DNA of 14,144 bases, taken from Elusimicrobiota bacterium (GTDB taxonomy: Bacteria > Elusimicrobiota > Elusimicrobia > UBA1565). The stretch is taken from contig JBDREN010000184.1 of NCBI GenBank assembly GCA_043819795.1, positions 1 through 14,144 on the forward strand, in the 5' to 3' direction. A program made the translations under genes and the position numbers. This document shows, piece after piece, positions 1-8,183 of the stretch; position 1 is the stretch's first letter; every line of letters begins with the position of its first letter. The notes below the pieces were generated by a model that was given only the letters and a program-made list of their open reading frames with translations, was not told the origin of the DNA and made no database searches.

Positions 1-1725
1 GACGCGCCGGAACGGATACTGCTGGACGTGAACACGATGGCCGAGGGGCACGCCTATTTCGAGGTGAAGAGCATCGCCGTCAGCCCCGATCACGACATGA
101 TCGCCTTCGCGGTGGACGCCGCCGGAGACCTGCTCCACACGATCCGCTTCAAGGATCTCGGAAGCGGCGAGGTCCTCCCGGACTCGATCGTCAACGCCGA
201 GGGGAGCATGGATTGGGCGAACGACAACAAGACGCTCTTCTACGCCCGGCAGGACACCACGACCATGCGCTCCGACGCGATACTCAGGCATGTCCTCGGG
301 TCCGGCGAGGACGCGCTGGTCTATTTCGAGCCGGACGACACGTTCGCCGCGTACGTCCACAAGAGCAGGTCCCGGGAGTTCATGGTCATAGGCTCCTTCA
401 GCACGCTCACCTCCGAGTATCGCCTGTTGCGCGCGGACGACCCGGAGGGGACCCCCCGGGTGTTCCATCCCCGGCGGACTGGGCACGAGTACTACATCAG
501 CCATGGGGGCGACAGGTTCTACATCCGGACCAACGACCGGGCCAGGAACTTCAGCCTGATGGAGACCCCCGAGGATCGGACCGGCATGGAGAACTGGACG
601 GAGGCGGTCCCGCACAGCAAGGACATCCTCCTGGAGGGGGTGGAGGCCTTCGAGGGGCACGTGGTCCTCCAGGAGAAGGAGGGGGGGCTGACGCGGTTCG
701 GCGTGATCGACCGGGAGACGCGCCGGGAACACCATCTGGAGTTCTACGAGCCGGCTTACTCCGCCCGCCTCGGGGACAATCCCGAGTACGAGACGCGGCG
801 GCTGAGGTTCGTCTACGAGTCCATGACCACACCGGACTCCACCTACGACTACGACATGGACACCAAGCGCAAGGAGCTCAGGAAGCGCAAGGAGGTCCCC
901 GGCGGCTTCAAGCCGGAGGACTACAAGTCGGAGAGGATCTTCGCGCGGGCCCCCGACGGCGCGAGGGTCCCGATCTCCCTGGTCTACCGGCGGGGGATGC
1001 GGCGCGACGGCGAGAACCCCGCGGTCCTCAACGGCTACGGGGCCTACGGCGACAACAACGACCCCGCGTTCGACTCGGACATCCTGAGCCTGCTGGACAG
1101 GGGCTTCATCTACGCCCTCGCCCACATCCGGGGCGGCTCGGAGATGGGCCGCTACTGGTACGAGGACGGGAGGCAGATGAAGAAGCGCAACACCTTCACG
1201 GACTTCATCGCCTGCAGCGAGCACCTGATCAAGGAGGGATACACATCGAGCGGGCACCTCTACGCCGCGGGAGCAAGCGCCGGCGGGCTTCTGATGGGGG
1301 CCGTCCTCAACATGCGGCCCGACCTCTACAACGGGGCCTTGGTGGACGTGCCTTTCGTGGACGCCCTCACCGCCATGCTCGACGCATCCATCCCGCTGAC
1401 CACCAGCGAGTACGACGAGTGGGGGAACCCCAACGAAAAGGCCGCCTACGACTACATCAAGTCCTATTCGCCCTACGACAACGTCAAGGCCCAGGCGTAT
1501 CCCAATATCTTGGTGACGACGGGGCTAAACGACTCGCAGGTCCAGTACTGGGAGCCGGCCAAGTGGGTGGCCAAGCTGCGCCGGCTCAAGACCGGCCGCA
1601 ACCGCCTGCTCCTGAAGACCGAGATGGGCTCGGGGCACGCGGGGGCCTCCGGCCGCTTCGAGAGGCTCAAGCTCTTCGCCTTCCAGTACGCCTTCCTCCT
1701 GGACCTGGAAGGGATCACGCAATAG
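1..1725 (+). CDS. ptrB: Oligopeptidase B / S9A prolyl oligopeptidase family serine peptidase, 5' truncated by the window edge
   Basis: Frame is open from base 1 (DAPERILLDVNTMAEGH...). Beta-propeller-type region followed by a catalytic domain with GYGAYG, AHIRGGSEMG, the nucleophile motif GASAGG, Asp in NDSQV and His in GSGHAG; also EYDEWGNP, typical of PtrB. TAG at 1723-1725. Confidence 0.93.
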   Translation, partial: DAPERILLDVNTMAEGHAYFEVKSIAVSPDHDMIAFAVDAAGDLLHTIRFKDLGSGEVLPDSIVNAEGSMDWANDNKTLFYARQDTTTMRSDAILRHVLGSGEDALVYFEPDDTFAAYVHKSRSREFMVIGSFSTLTSEYRLLRADDPEGTPRVFHPRRTGHEYYISHGGDRFYIRTNDRARNFSLMETPEDRTGMENWTEAVPHSKDILLEGVEAFEGHVVLQEKEGGLTRFGVIDRETRREHHLEFYEPAYSARLGDNPEYETRRLRFVYESMTTPDSTYDYDMDTKRKELRKRKEVPGGFKPEDYKSERIFARAPDGARVPISLVYRRGMRRDGENPAVLNGYGAYGDNNDPAFDSDILSLLDRGFIYALAHIRGGSEMGRYWYEDGRQMKKRNTFTDFIACSEHLIKEGYTSSGHLYAAGASAGGLLMGAVLNMRPDLYNGALVDVPFVDALTAMLDASIPLTTSEYDEWGNPNEKAAYDYIKSYSPYDNVKAQAYPNILVTTGLNDSQVQYWEPAKWVAKLRRLKTGRNRLLLKTEMGSGHAGASGRFERLKLFAFQYAFLLDLEGITQ

Positions 1726-1814
1726 GCCCCGGCCCCGTACCGGGCTTCCGGCAGGTCTCCGCCCCGATCCCCGCGGGCGGACTTAAATCACGCCGGGTCG
1801 AAACAAAAATCACC

Positions 1815-1843
1815 TTGAAAAAACAGGATATCCCGGGTATATC
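1815..1843 (+). promoter_or_regulatory. Putative sigma70 promoter for the receiver-gene pair
   Basis: TTGAAA (1815-1820), 17 nt spacer, TATATC (1838-1843) in an AT-rich patch. A GAGGTGG RBS lies just upstream of ATG 1877. Confidence 0.45.
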
Positions 1844-1876
1844 TCTAACGAGCGATCCGCTCCAAGAGGTGGTCCT

Positions 1877-2344
1877 ATGAACCCCCGTGAAAAGACGGTC
1901 CTTATCGTGGACGACGACGAGGCGATGCTCAATCTGCTCGAGATCCTCGTTCACCGGGACGGGTTCAACGTCCTTCGCGCGGATTCCGTGGACGCGGCGG
2001 TCTTCAAGCTTCGGCGCAATCCGGACGTGGTGCTCTTGGATCTCATATTCCCCGGAACGGAGACCGGCCTGGACGTGCTGGAGCTCATCCGCGGATCCGA
2101 GGGGCCGAAGCCTTTCGTGATCGTCATCACCGCGCACGAGAGCGAGCATCCGGTGGTCGAGGCGGCGCGTAAGGACCCGAACGTGTCCTATTTCCTCAGC
2201 AAGCCGATCAAGCAGGATCAGCTTTTGGAGCTGATGCACCGGATGCTGCGGACTTGGCCCCCGGAGGGCGCGATCAGGGGGCACGACGAGGACGCGCCCG
2301 AGGAAGCCGTTGCGCAGACTCAGTCAGGACGGAACCCGGGATGA
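1877..2344 (+). CDS. Single-domain response regulator (CheY-like receiver), 155 aa
   Basis: VLIVDDD acidic pocket, phospho-acceptor Asp in VLLDLIFP, Thr in IVITA and conserved KP (LSKPIK). No output domain. GAGGTGG RBS. Confidence 0.9.
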   Translation: MNPREKTVLIVDDDEAMLNLLEILVHRDGFNVLRADSVDAAVFKLRRNPDVVLLDLIFPGTETGLDVLELIRGSEGPKPFVIVITAHESEHPVVEAARKDPNVSYFLSKPIKQDQLLELMHRMLRTWPPEGAIRGHDEDAPEEAVAQTQSGRNPG

Positions 2345-2808
2345 ACGAGGGAACGCCGTTTCCGTCGGAGAGAGCGTCCGCCAAGGATAAGCTGGTCATG
2401 GTTGTCGACGACGACGAGAGCTTCCTGGACATCCTCGAGGTCATCGTCAAGAGGGAGGGCTTCCGCGCCGCGCGCGCCGTAGACGGGCGGGAGGCGCTGC
2501 GCATGATCGACGCTCAGGCTCCCGACCTGATCCTGCTCGACTTCATGATGCCGGGGCTGTGCGGCTTCGAGGTCCTCAAGGAGCTCCAGTCGGGCGACGC
2601 GAGCAAGACTCCCGTGGTCGTGATCACGGGACGGAATAACGATCCGGGGATGGTCGAGATGGTCCGGAAGGAGCCGAACGTATACGAGTACCTGAAGAAG
2701 CCCATCAAGCAGGCCTCGTTCGGGATGCTCCTGCACCAGATCCTCGGGACCCGGCCGCCGGACACGCGCCCCGCCCCCGCGCGGGGCCCGCTATCCAGCG
2801 CCTGGTAA
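2341..2808 (+). CDS. Single-domain response regulator (CheY-like receiver), 155 aa, paralog of the upstream gene
   Basis: ATG 2341 overlaps the upstream TGA (ATGA coupling), so this is a better start than 2254. Motifs VMVVDDD, ILLDFMMP, VVITG and LKKPIK. Confidence 0.9.
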   Translation: MNEGTPFPSERASAKDKLVMVVDDDESFLDILEVIVKREGFRAARAVDGREALRMIDAQAPDLILLDFMMPGLCGFEVLKELQSGDASKTPVVVITGRNNDPGMVEMVRKEPNVYEYLKKPIKQASFGMLLHQILGTRPPDTRPAPARGPLSSAW

Positions 2809-2823
2809 TACGCCCGCCGAGCG

Positions 2824-2865
2824 GTTACTCAACACCCGGTGCCTGGCACCGCTTCTTTGAGTAAC
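2824..2865. terminator. Nested hairpin between convergent genes, probable bidirectional terminator
   Basis: Outer stem GTTACTCAA (2824-2832)/TTGAGTAAC (2857-2865) and inner inverted repeat CGGTGCC-T-GGCACCG (2837-2851), between the stops at 2808 (+) and 2880 (-). Confidence 0.55.
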
Positions 2866-2879
2866 TCGCGTCCGCCGAT

Positions 2880-4025
2880 TCAGCGGGTGAGGGCCTTCTT
2901 TCGGGAGGGATCGGGCTCGCGCTCGAGCGCCGAGAGGATGAGGTCGCAGACTTCGCGGACGCAGCCCGCGCCGCCCGCCTTCCTGCAGACGTAGTGCGCG
3001 ATCCGCTTGGCCTCGATGCAGCCATTGGAGGGCGTTGCCGCGAACCCGACCTCCTTGAGCACCGAGAGGTCATTCACGTCGTCCCCCACGTAGGCGACCT
3101 GGTCCAGGGATATCCTCATCTTTCTGGCGATCCCGCGCAAGACCGGCAGCTTGTCCTTGACGCCCTGGTGGAGAAAGTCGACTAGCAGCTTCTGGGCGCG
3201 CCGCTCCACGATCCCGGTCTCCTCGGCGGTGATGAAGGCCGTTTTGAACCCCCGCTTGCGGAGGAGCTCCAGGCCCTTCCCGTCGCGCGTGTTGAACTTC
3301 TTCATCGCCTCCCCGGCGTCCGTGTAGTACATCCCGGCGTCGGTGAGGACCCCGTCCACGTCGAGGGCCAGCAGGCGTACGGGCTTTGGGGCGTTCTTGA
3401 GGCCGTCCACCAGGCGTTTCTCCATGAGCTTCTCCACGATGAAGAGGTCGAGCTCGGTGTCGATCTCGAAGTTGTAATCGCCGTCCAGCAGGTAGCGCTC
3501 GACGACGTCCCCGGTCCAGCGGCCGGCGAGAACGGTCCCGGCGTCCACCACGTAGACGTTCCCGTCGTCGTAGAAGAAGCCCTTGTAGTCCTGGCGCCTG
3601 AGGTTGTTGTGGCTCCCGTACTCCAGGAACTTGCAGTAATACCCCGTGGCCAGGCTGTTGGCCTTCTTCTTCCGGAAGCGCTTGAGGCAGGCGTCGACGA
3701 GCTCCCCGTCCCGGATGGGGGAGGTGGGCTGGAGCACGGCCAGGGTGTCGGCCCGGAAATGCTCCAGAACGTGCCGCAGGACCGAGAGCGTCGTGGTCTC
3801 GTCGCTGGCGAGGCGTTGGGGCCTCTTCAGCACCTTGGCGCCGAAGCTCCGCGCGACGCGGGCGATCTCGGCGTCCTCAGTGGAGACCACGAAGTCGTCG
3901 AGGAGGGCGGATTCGGCAGCCGCCTTGATTGACCAGTAAATGAGGGGCTTGCCGAGCACCTCCCGCAGGTTCTTCCTGGGGACGCCCTTGCTGCCCCCGC
4001 GCGCCGGAATCACTCCCAGAGTCAT
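2880..4025 (-). CDS. Bifunctional acylneuraminate (CMP-nonulosonate) cytidylyltransferase fused to a KdsC-like HAD phosphatase
   Basis: N-terminal NeuA motifs IPARGGSKGVPRKN, VLQPTSPIR and FEIDTELD. C-terminal HAD/KdsC motifs LALDVDGVLTD, FNTRDG, VAYVGDDVND and GGAGCVREVCDLIL, with the catalytic Asp residues intact. Confidence 0.9.
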   Translation of the reverse strand: MTLGVIPARGGSKGVPRKNLREVLGKPLIYWSIKAAAESALLDDFVVSTEDAEIARVARSFGAKVLKRPQRLASDETTTLSVLRHVLEHFRADTLAVLQPTSPIRDGELVDACLKRFRKKKANSLATGYYCKFLEYGSHNNLRRQDYKGFFYDDGNVYVVDAGTVLAGRWTGDVVERYLLDGDYNFEIDTELDLFIVEKLMEKRLVDGLKNAPKPVRLLALDVDGVLTDAGMYYTDAGEAMKKFNTRDGKGLELLRKRGFKTAFITAEETGIVERRAQKLLVDFLHQGVKDKLPVLRGIARKMRISLDQVAYVGDDVNDLSVLKEVGFAATPSNGCIEAKRIAHYVCRKAGGAGCVREVCDLILSALEREPDPSRKKALTR

Positions 4026-4030
4026 GGTGC

Positions 4031-5191
4031 TCAGGTGAGCTGCTCCAGGACGGCGACGGCGTTCTCCTTGGTGAACTCCACGGGGTTGTTGCCGAGCGCC
4101 GGCGTGAGGTCCAGGCCGCGTTCGGCCAGGAACGCGACGTCCTTTTTTTGGATGCCCCGCTTGCTGAGCCCTCCGTTGATGAGCGGCAGGGCGGGGAAGT
4201 CCTTGAACAGCGAGATGAACCGTGCGGCCTTCGTCTTGGCGTCGCCGCCTCGGTCCGCGCCCTCGATCACGTCGAGAAGCTCCGCGTACTGCGTGCAGCC
4301 CTTCTTGATGTTGATCTCGACTACCTTGGGGATGATCAGTCCGACGGCCACGCCGTGGGGCACCTCATGGTAGATGCCGAGCGGGTACGCCATGGAGTGG
4401 CAGGCGCCCGTATTGGAGTTGAAGATGGCGAAACCGGCGAGGCAGCTGCCGAGCAGCATGTTGCGCCGGGCCTCTAGGTCGCCGCCGTCGCGGAGGGCCT
4501 TGGGCAGGTTGTTGTAGGCCAGGGCGAACGCCTCCCGGGAGTACATCCGGGTGACGCGGTTCGCGCACCTCGCCGTGTAGGACTCGATGGCGTGGGCCAG
4601 CGCGTCCATGCCCGTGGACGCGGTGACATGGTCCGGCATGGAGAGGGTGAGCGGGGCGTGCAAGATAGCGTAGTCGGGGCACACCTGCGGCCCGCCCAAG
4701 GCTCTCTTAAACGAGGTCTCCTTGTTGACCAGCACGGCCCCCGGCGTGACCTCGCTTCCGGTCCCGGCCGTGGACGGGACCATGATCTTCGTGATGCCCG
4801 GGGGGAGCGGCTCGCCCGTGCCGTGGTACTTGGTCACGGAATCTTCGGTCTGGGCCATGACGGAAACCGCCTTGGCCAAATCCAGCGTGCTGCCGCCGCC
4901 GACCGCGACCAGGAGATCGACGTCCTTGCCCCGGAATATCCGGGCGACCTCGTCGACCCGGTCGGTGGTGGGCTCGATGGCCTCCGGCATCGTCAGAACG
5001 ATGGGGTACTTCGCCCGGAGGGCCTCGGCGAGGCCCTCCATCCTTTTGTCGCGGGACAGGGCCTTGTCGCAGATGACGCCGACTTTAGTGGAGCGCTCGG
5101 ACTCGGCCACCTTCAGGACGGAGGCGATGAGGTCGTCCGAGACGATCACCTCCGTCTTCGCCTGGAACTTGAATATCTCGTTATTCGCCAC
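4031..5191 (-). CDS. Iron-containing alcohol dehydrogenase (Fe-ADH family; KdnB-like by context)
   Basis: GGGSTLD, PSTAGTGSEVT, and metal ligands in DALAHAIESY, CHSMAY and VPHG. The GTG start overlaps the upstream gene's end by 11 nt. Confidence 0.9.
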   Translation of the reverse strand: MANNEIFKFQAKTEVIVSDDLIASVLKVAESERSTKVGVICDKALSRDKRMEGLAEALRAKYPIVLTMPEAIEPTTDRVDEVARIFRGKDVDLLVAVGGGSTLDLAKAVSVMAQTEDSVTKYHGTGEPLPPGITKIMVPSTAGTGSEVTPGAVLVNKETSFKRALGGPQVCPDYAILHAPLTLSMPDHVTASTGMDALAHAIESYTARCANRVTRMYSREAFALAYNNLPKALRDGGDLEARRNMLLGSCLAGFAIFNSNTGACHSMAYPLGIYHEVPHGVAVGLIIPKVVEINIKKGCTQYAELLDVIEGADRGGDAKTKAARFISLFKDFPALPLINGGLSKRGIQKKDVAFLAERGLDLTPALGNNPVEFTKENAVAVLEQLT

Positions 5192-6371
5192 GGAGCTTCT
5201 CGAGCGTCTTGAGCGTCGCGTCGGTCATGTGCCGGAACTGCTCCTCGCTCATCCACAAGTGGAAGGGGAACGAGAGCATGTTGTCGAAGAATGCGTCGGT
5301 TTCCGGGCAGTCGTGTCCGCCGAAGCCCATCTTCTTGAACAGCGGGTAGCGGTACAGGGGATAGTACTGGACGACGGTCTTGACCCGGTGCTCCCGGGCC
5401 ATGACGCGCATGAAGTCGTCGCGGGTCTTGCCCCGCCCCCCGCCGTCGTACCGCGCGGGCAGGAGGTGGTAGGCGTGCCCGCAATGCTCCGGGACCTTCT
5501 GGAACCGGAGCTCGGGATACTCCGCGAAGGCCTTCTTGAAGCGTTTCGCGCGCTCGACCCGGGCCGCGTTCATGCCGTCGAGGCGTTCCAGGAGCTTGGA
5601 GGCCAGCGCGCACTGGGCCTCCCCGAGGGAGAAGTTGTGGGGCCAGACGCCCGGGATGTCCAGGTCCACGTTCGCCATGGCCGGAAGCCAGTATTCCTCC
5701 CGGGGGCCTTCGAATCCGCGGATGCCGTTGTGCCTGAGTCCCGGCACGAGCTTCGCGTGCTCGGCCGAACGGACCGTCAGGATGCCGCCCTCGCCCAGGG
5801 TCGTCAGGCTTTTCTGGCAGTGAAAGCTGAAAGCCCCGAAGTCCGCGATGGAGCCGGCTTTCTTGCCCTTGTACTCGGCCCCGATGGCCTGGGCGCAGTC
5901 CTCCACGACGAGGCAGCCGTGGGCGCGAGCGAGCTCCATGATGGGGTCCATGTCCGCCATGAGGCCGTAGAGGTGGACGACGACGATGACCTTGGTCCGG
6001 GGGCCGATGTTTTTCCCGATCGACGCCGGGGAGACCACCAGGGTGTCGGGGTCGATGTCGGCCCAGACGATCTTGGCTCCGGTGCGGGCGAAGGGGATGG
6101 CCGTCGCGCAGAAAGTATGCGCGGGGATGATGACCTCGTCGCCGGGCCCCAGGCGGGTCAGGATCGCGGCGAGGTCCAGGGCGTTGGTGCAGTTGGCGAC
6201 CGCGAAGGCGTGCTCGACGCCGTTGTAGCGGCAGAAGTCCTCCTCGAGCTTTTTGAGGCGGGGGCCTTGGGTGAGGGGGTCGCCCGTGCGCATGACTTCG
6301 GCCACGGTCGCGATCTCCTCCTCCGTGTAGTCGAAGGCCCTGCCGCTCCACGGGACGATGAACTCGTCCAC
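5181..6371 (-). CDS. DegT/DnrJ/EryC1/StrS PLP-dependent sugar aminotransferase (KdnA-like by context), 396 aa
   Basis: Probable start is GTG at 6371 (MDEFIVPWSG...), 2 nt after the NeuB stop, with AAGAAAGG upstream. Motifs LGPGDEVIIPAHTF, VVHLYG, VEDCAQA and the PLP lysine in SFHCQKSLTTLGEGG. Confidence 0.9.
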   Translation of the reverse strand: MDEFIVPWSGRAFDYTEEEIATVAEVMRTGDPLTQGPRLKKLEEDFCRYNGVEHAFAVANCTNALDLAAILTRLGPGDEVIIPAHTFCATAIPFARTGAKIVWADIDPDTLVVSPASIGKNIGPRTKVIVVVHLYGLMADMDPIMELARAHGCLVVEDCAQAIGAEYKGKKAGSIADFGAFSFHCQKSLTTLGEGGILTVRSAEHAKLVPGLRHNGIRGFEGPREEYWLPAMANVDLDIPGVWPHNFSLGEAQCALASKLLERLDGMNAARVERAKRFKKAFAEYPELRFQKVPEHCGHAYHLLPARYDGGGRGKTRDDFMRVMAREHRVKTVVQYYPLYRYPLFKKMGFGGHDCPETDAFFDNMLSFPFHLWMSEEQFRHMTDATLKTLEKLRGE

Positions 6372-6373
6372 GG

Positions 6374-7276
6374 CTACGTGCCTTTCTTTCCTGCCAGAGG
6401 GGCGCCTATTGACGGTCTGTTCCATTTGAGTTTGTTCCGCTGGGGGATTTCGATGTCCAGGATGTCCTTGGGCTTTTCCTGCGCGGCGGCGGCCACGCAC
6501 TTGATGTCGCGGATCAGGCGGCGCAGGCCGTCGGGCTCCAGCGAGGCGGCGTGGTCGGTCCCCTTCCAGGTCCGGTTGAGGGTGTAGTGCCGCTCGATCC
6601 AAGCGGCGCCCAAGGTGAAGGCCGCCATGTCGATGGCGATCCCGTTGTGATGCCCGGAGAAGCCCACGGCCTTGATCATGCCGCCGTAGGTTTTCCGCAG
6701 GCGCGGGATCTCGAGCAGATAGCTGTCCTCGTCGGGCACGGGATAGCCCGAGGTGCAGGCGTAGAGGACCGCGTCCTTGGCGCGGCCCTTCCCGGCGAGG
6801 AAGGAGACGAGCTCCTCTTCCTCCTTGCGGGTGGTCATCCCGAGGGAGACGTGGATCTCGCCGCCGAACTCTCCGCAGACGTAGCCGAGCATCTCGGGGT
6901 TCGTGTTGCACGCGGAGGGGAACTTGATCAGCTCCGGCTTGAGCGAAACGATCTCCCGGGTGGAGGTCATGTCCCAGACGGAGCAGGAATAGACGACGCC
7001 CATGGACTCGCAGTACTCCTTGAGATCCCGGTGCTGGTCGAGGGTGAGCTCCAGGGTCTCCCGGTGCTCGCCGTAGGTGCTCCCGTAGGAATGGAACGGC
7101 TCCGGGTGGCAGGTGCCGTACTCCTCCGGGCTGAGGCTTTCGCGGGGGTTGCGCTTCTGGAACTTCACGTGCCCGGCTTTGCAGAAGATCTTGGCGACCT
7201 CGATCATCTCCCGGGCGATGCTCATCTCGCCTTTGTGGTTGCACCCTATCTCGGCGATCACGTTTGCCGGCTGCAT
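6374..7276 (-). CDS. NeuB-family N-acylneuraminate(-9-phosphate)/nonulosonate synthase, short form lacking the C-terminal SAF/antifreeze-like domain
   Basis: VIAEIGCNHKG, VKFQKRN, ACTSGYP, GFSGHH, IERHYTLNRTWKGTDHAASLEP. At 300 aa it ends soon after the TIM barrel. GGGAGGAG RBS. Confidence 0.9.
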   Translation of the reverse strand: MQPANVIAEIGCNHKGEMSIAREMIEVAKIFCKAGHVKFQKRNPRESLSPEEYGTCHPEPFHSYGSTYGEHRETLELTLDQHRDLKEYCESMGVVYSCSVWDMTSTREIVSLKPELIKFPSACNTNPEMLGYVCGEFGGEIHVSLGMTTRKEEEELVSFLAGKGRAKDAVLYACTSGYPVPDEDSYLLEIPRLRKTYGGMIKAVGFSGHHNGIAIDMAAFTLGAAWIERHYTLNRTWKGTDHAASLEPDGLRRLIRDIKCVAAAAQEKPKDILDIEIPQRNKLKWNRPSIGAPLAGKKGT

Positions 7277-7277
7277 G

Positions 7278-8174
7278 CTAGCTCCTCCCGCCTCCCTTGC
7301 GAAGTACGGCCCATAGAGTGTCCGCGTGGCCGGCCCGGACGAGGGCCTCGGCGTAGGCCTTGTTGAGTGACCCGGGGAACACGCGGCCGTAGAACCCCGT
7401 CCCGCCCGGCTTGCCCGTCAGCAGCCACCGGATGTGGTTCGACAAGTCGTAGCGCTGGACCCCGGCGATGTCCGCCTCGGCTCCCGCGGCGCGGGCCGCG
7501 CGCTCCAGGGTGCTCTTGGAGAAGTACCAAAGATGCGCGTTCTGGTAATAGAACGCCGCATAGGCGGGGAGGCGGTACAGCGTCAGGAGGGCGTCCTCGA
7601 CGTCGGGCACCTCCACGGCGATCCGGCCGCCGGGCTTCAGGCGCGCCAGGAGCGACTCGATGAACTCGACCGGGCGCAGCACGTGCTCGAGCACATGAAA
7701 AAGGACGATGAGGTCGAAGCCGCGGTCCTCGACGTCCTCCAGCTTCTCGCGGATCTCCAGCCCCAGCTTCTCATTGGCCCAACGACGGTAGGCGACGGTC
7801 GGCTCGATCCCCGTGACGCGCCCGACCAGGGGGCGCACCGAGTGAAGGAACGCCCCCGAGCCCGAGCCCAGCTCGAGCAGGGAGGTCCCGGGGTTCAAAA
7901 GTCCCCCGAGCCGGCCCACGCGCTCCCGCGCCTCCGGCAGATCCTCATTGTGCTTCCGCTCGGGGCTCACGCCGGGGTCGTACTCGGTGCGGTAGGTCTC
8001 GGCGTAGAACTTCTTGAGGTCCTCCTCGGTCGGCAGGGGATCGAGGCGGACAAGCCCGCAGTCCTGACAGCGGCGGACCTCCAGGCGGGGTTCGTGACGG
8101 ACTCCTTTCCGCACCGGGATGGAAGACTCCTCGCCGCAGAGGACGCAGCGGATGCTCGTGGACACGTTGTTCAC
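7278..8174 (-). CDS. Class I SAM-dependent methyltransferase with N-terminal zinc ribbon
   Basis: CVLC...CQDC, SAM motif LLELGSGSG, FHVLEH and LKPGG. Start is GTG 8174 or GTG 8165, because the TTG at 8213 is the promoter -35 box. Stop lies 1 nt before the NeuB ATG. Confidence 0.85.
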   Translation of the reverse strand: MNNVSTSIRCVLCGEESSIPVRKGVRHEPRLEVRRCQDCGLVRLDPLPTEEDLKKFYAETYRTEYDPGVSPERKHNEDLPEARERVGRLGGLLNPGTSLLELGSGSGAFLHSVRPLVGRVTGIEPTVAYRRWANEKLGLEIREKLEDVEDRGFDLIVLFHVLEHVLRPVEFIESLLARLKPGGRIAVEVPDVEDALLTLYRLPAYAAFYYQNAHLWYFSKSTLERAARAAGAEADIAGVQRYDLSNHIRWLLTGKPGGTGFYGRVFPGSLNKAYAEALVRAGHADTLWAVLRKGGGRS

Positions 8175-8183
8175 GGTATCAGC

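Noticed and set aside
213..1880. 555-aa alternative-frame ORF over ptrB
   Set aside because: Arg/Gly/Pro-rich shadow frame caused by high GC3; no motifs, and the overlapping frame is a clear peptidase.
4722..6587. 621-aa plus-strand ORF, and the 401-aa minus-strand ORF 5146-6351
   Set aside because: Antisense or off-frame shadows of the Fe-ADH, aminotransferase and NeuB genes; no recognisable domain.
6372..7244. Apparent 291-aa N-terminal extension of the aminotransferase (687-aa ORF)
   Set aside because: Overlaps NeuB in another frame and is low-complexity; a GTG with an RBS at 6371 gives a normal-length DegT protein.
2880..8174. Standard Neu5Ac, legionaminic or pseudaminic acid pathway
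   Set aside because: No NeuC/LegG/PseG hydrolase, NDP-sugar dehydratase or acetyltransferase in the operon, and Fe-ADH is not part of those routes. These genes could still lie elsewhere in the genome.
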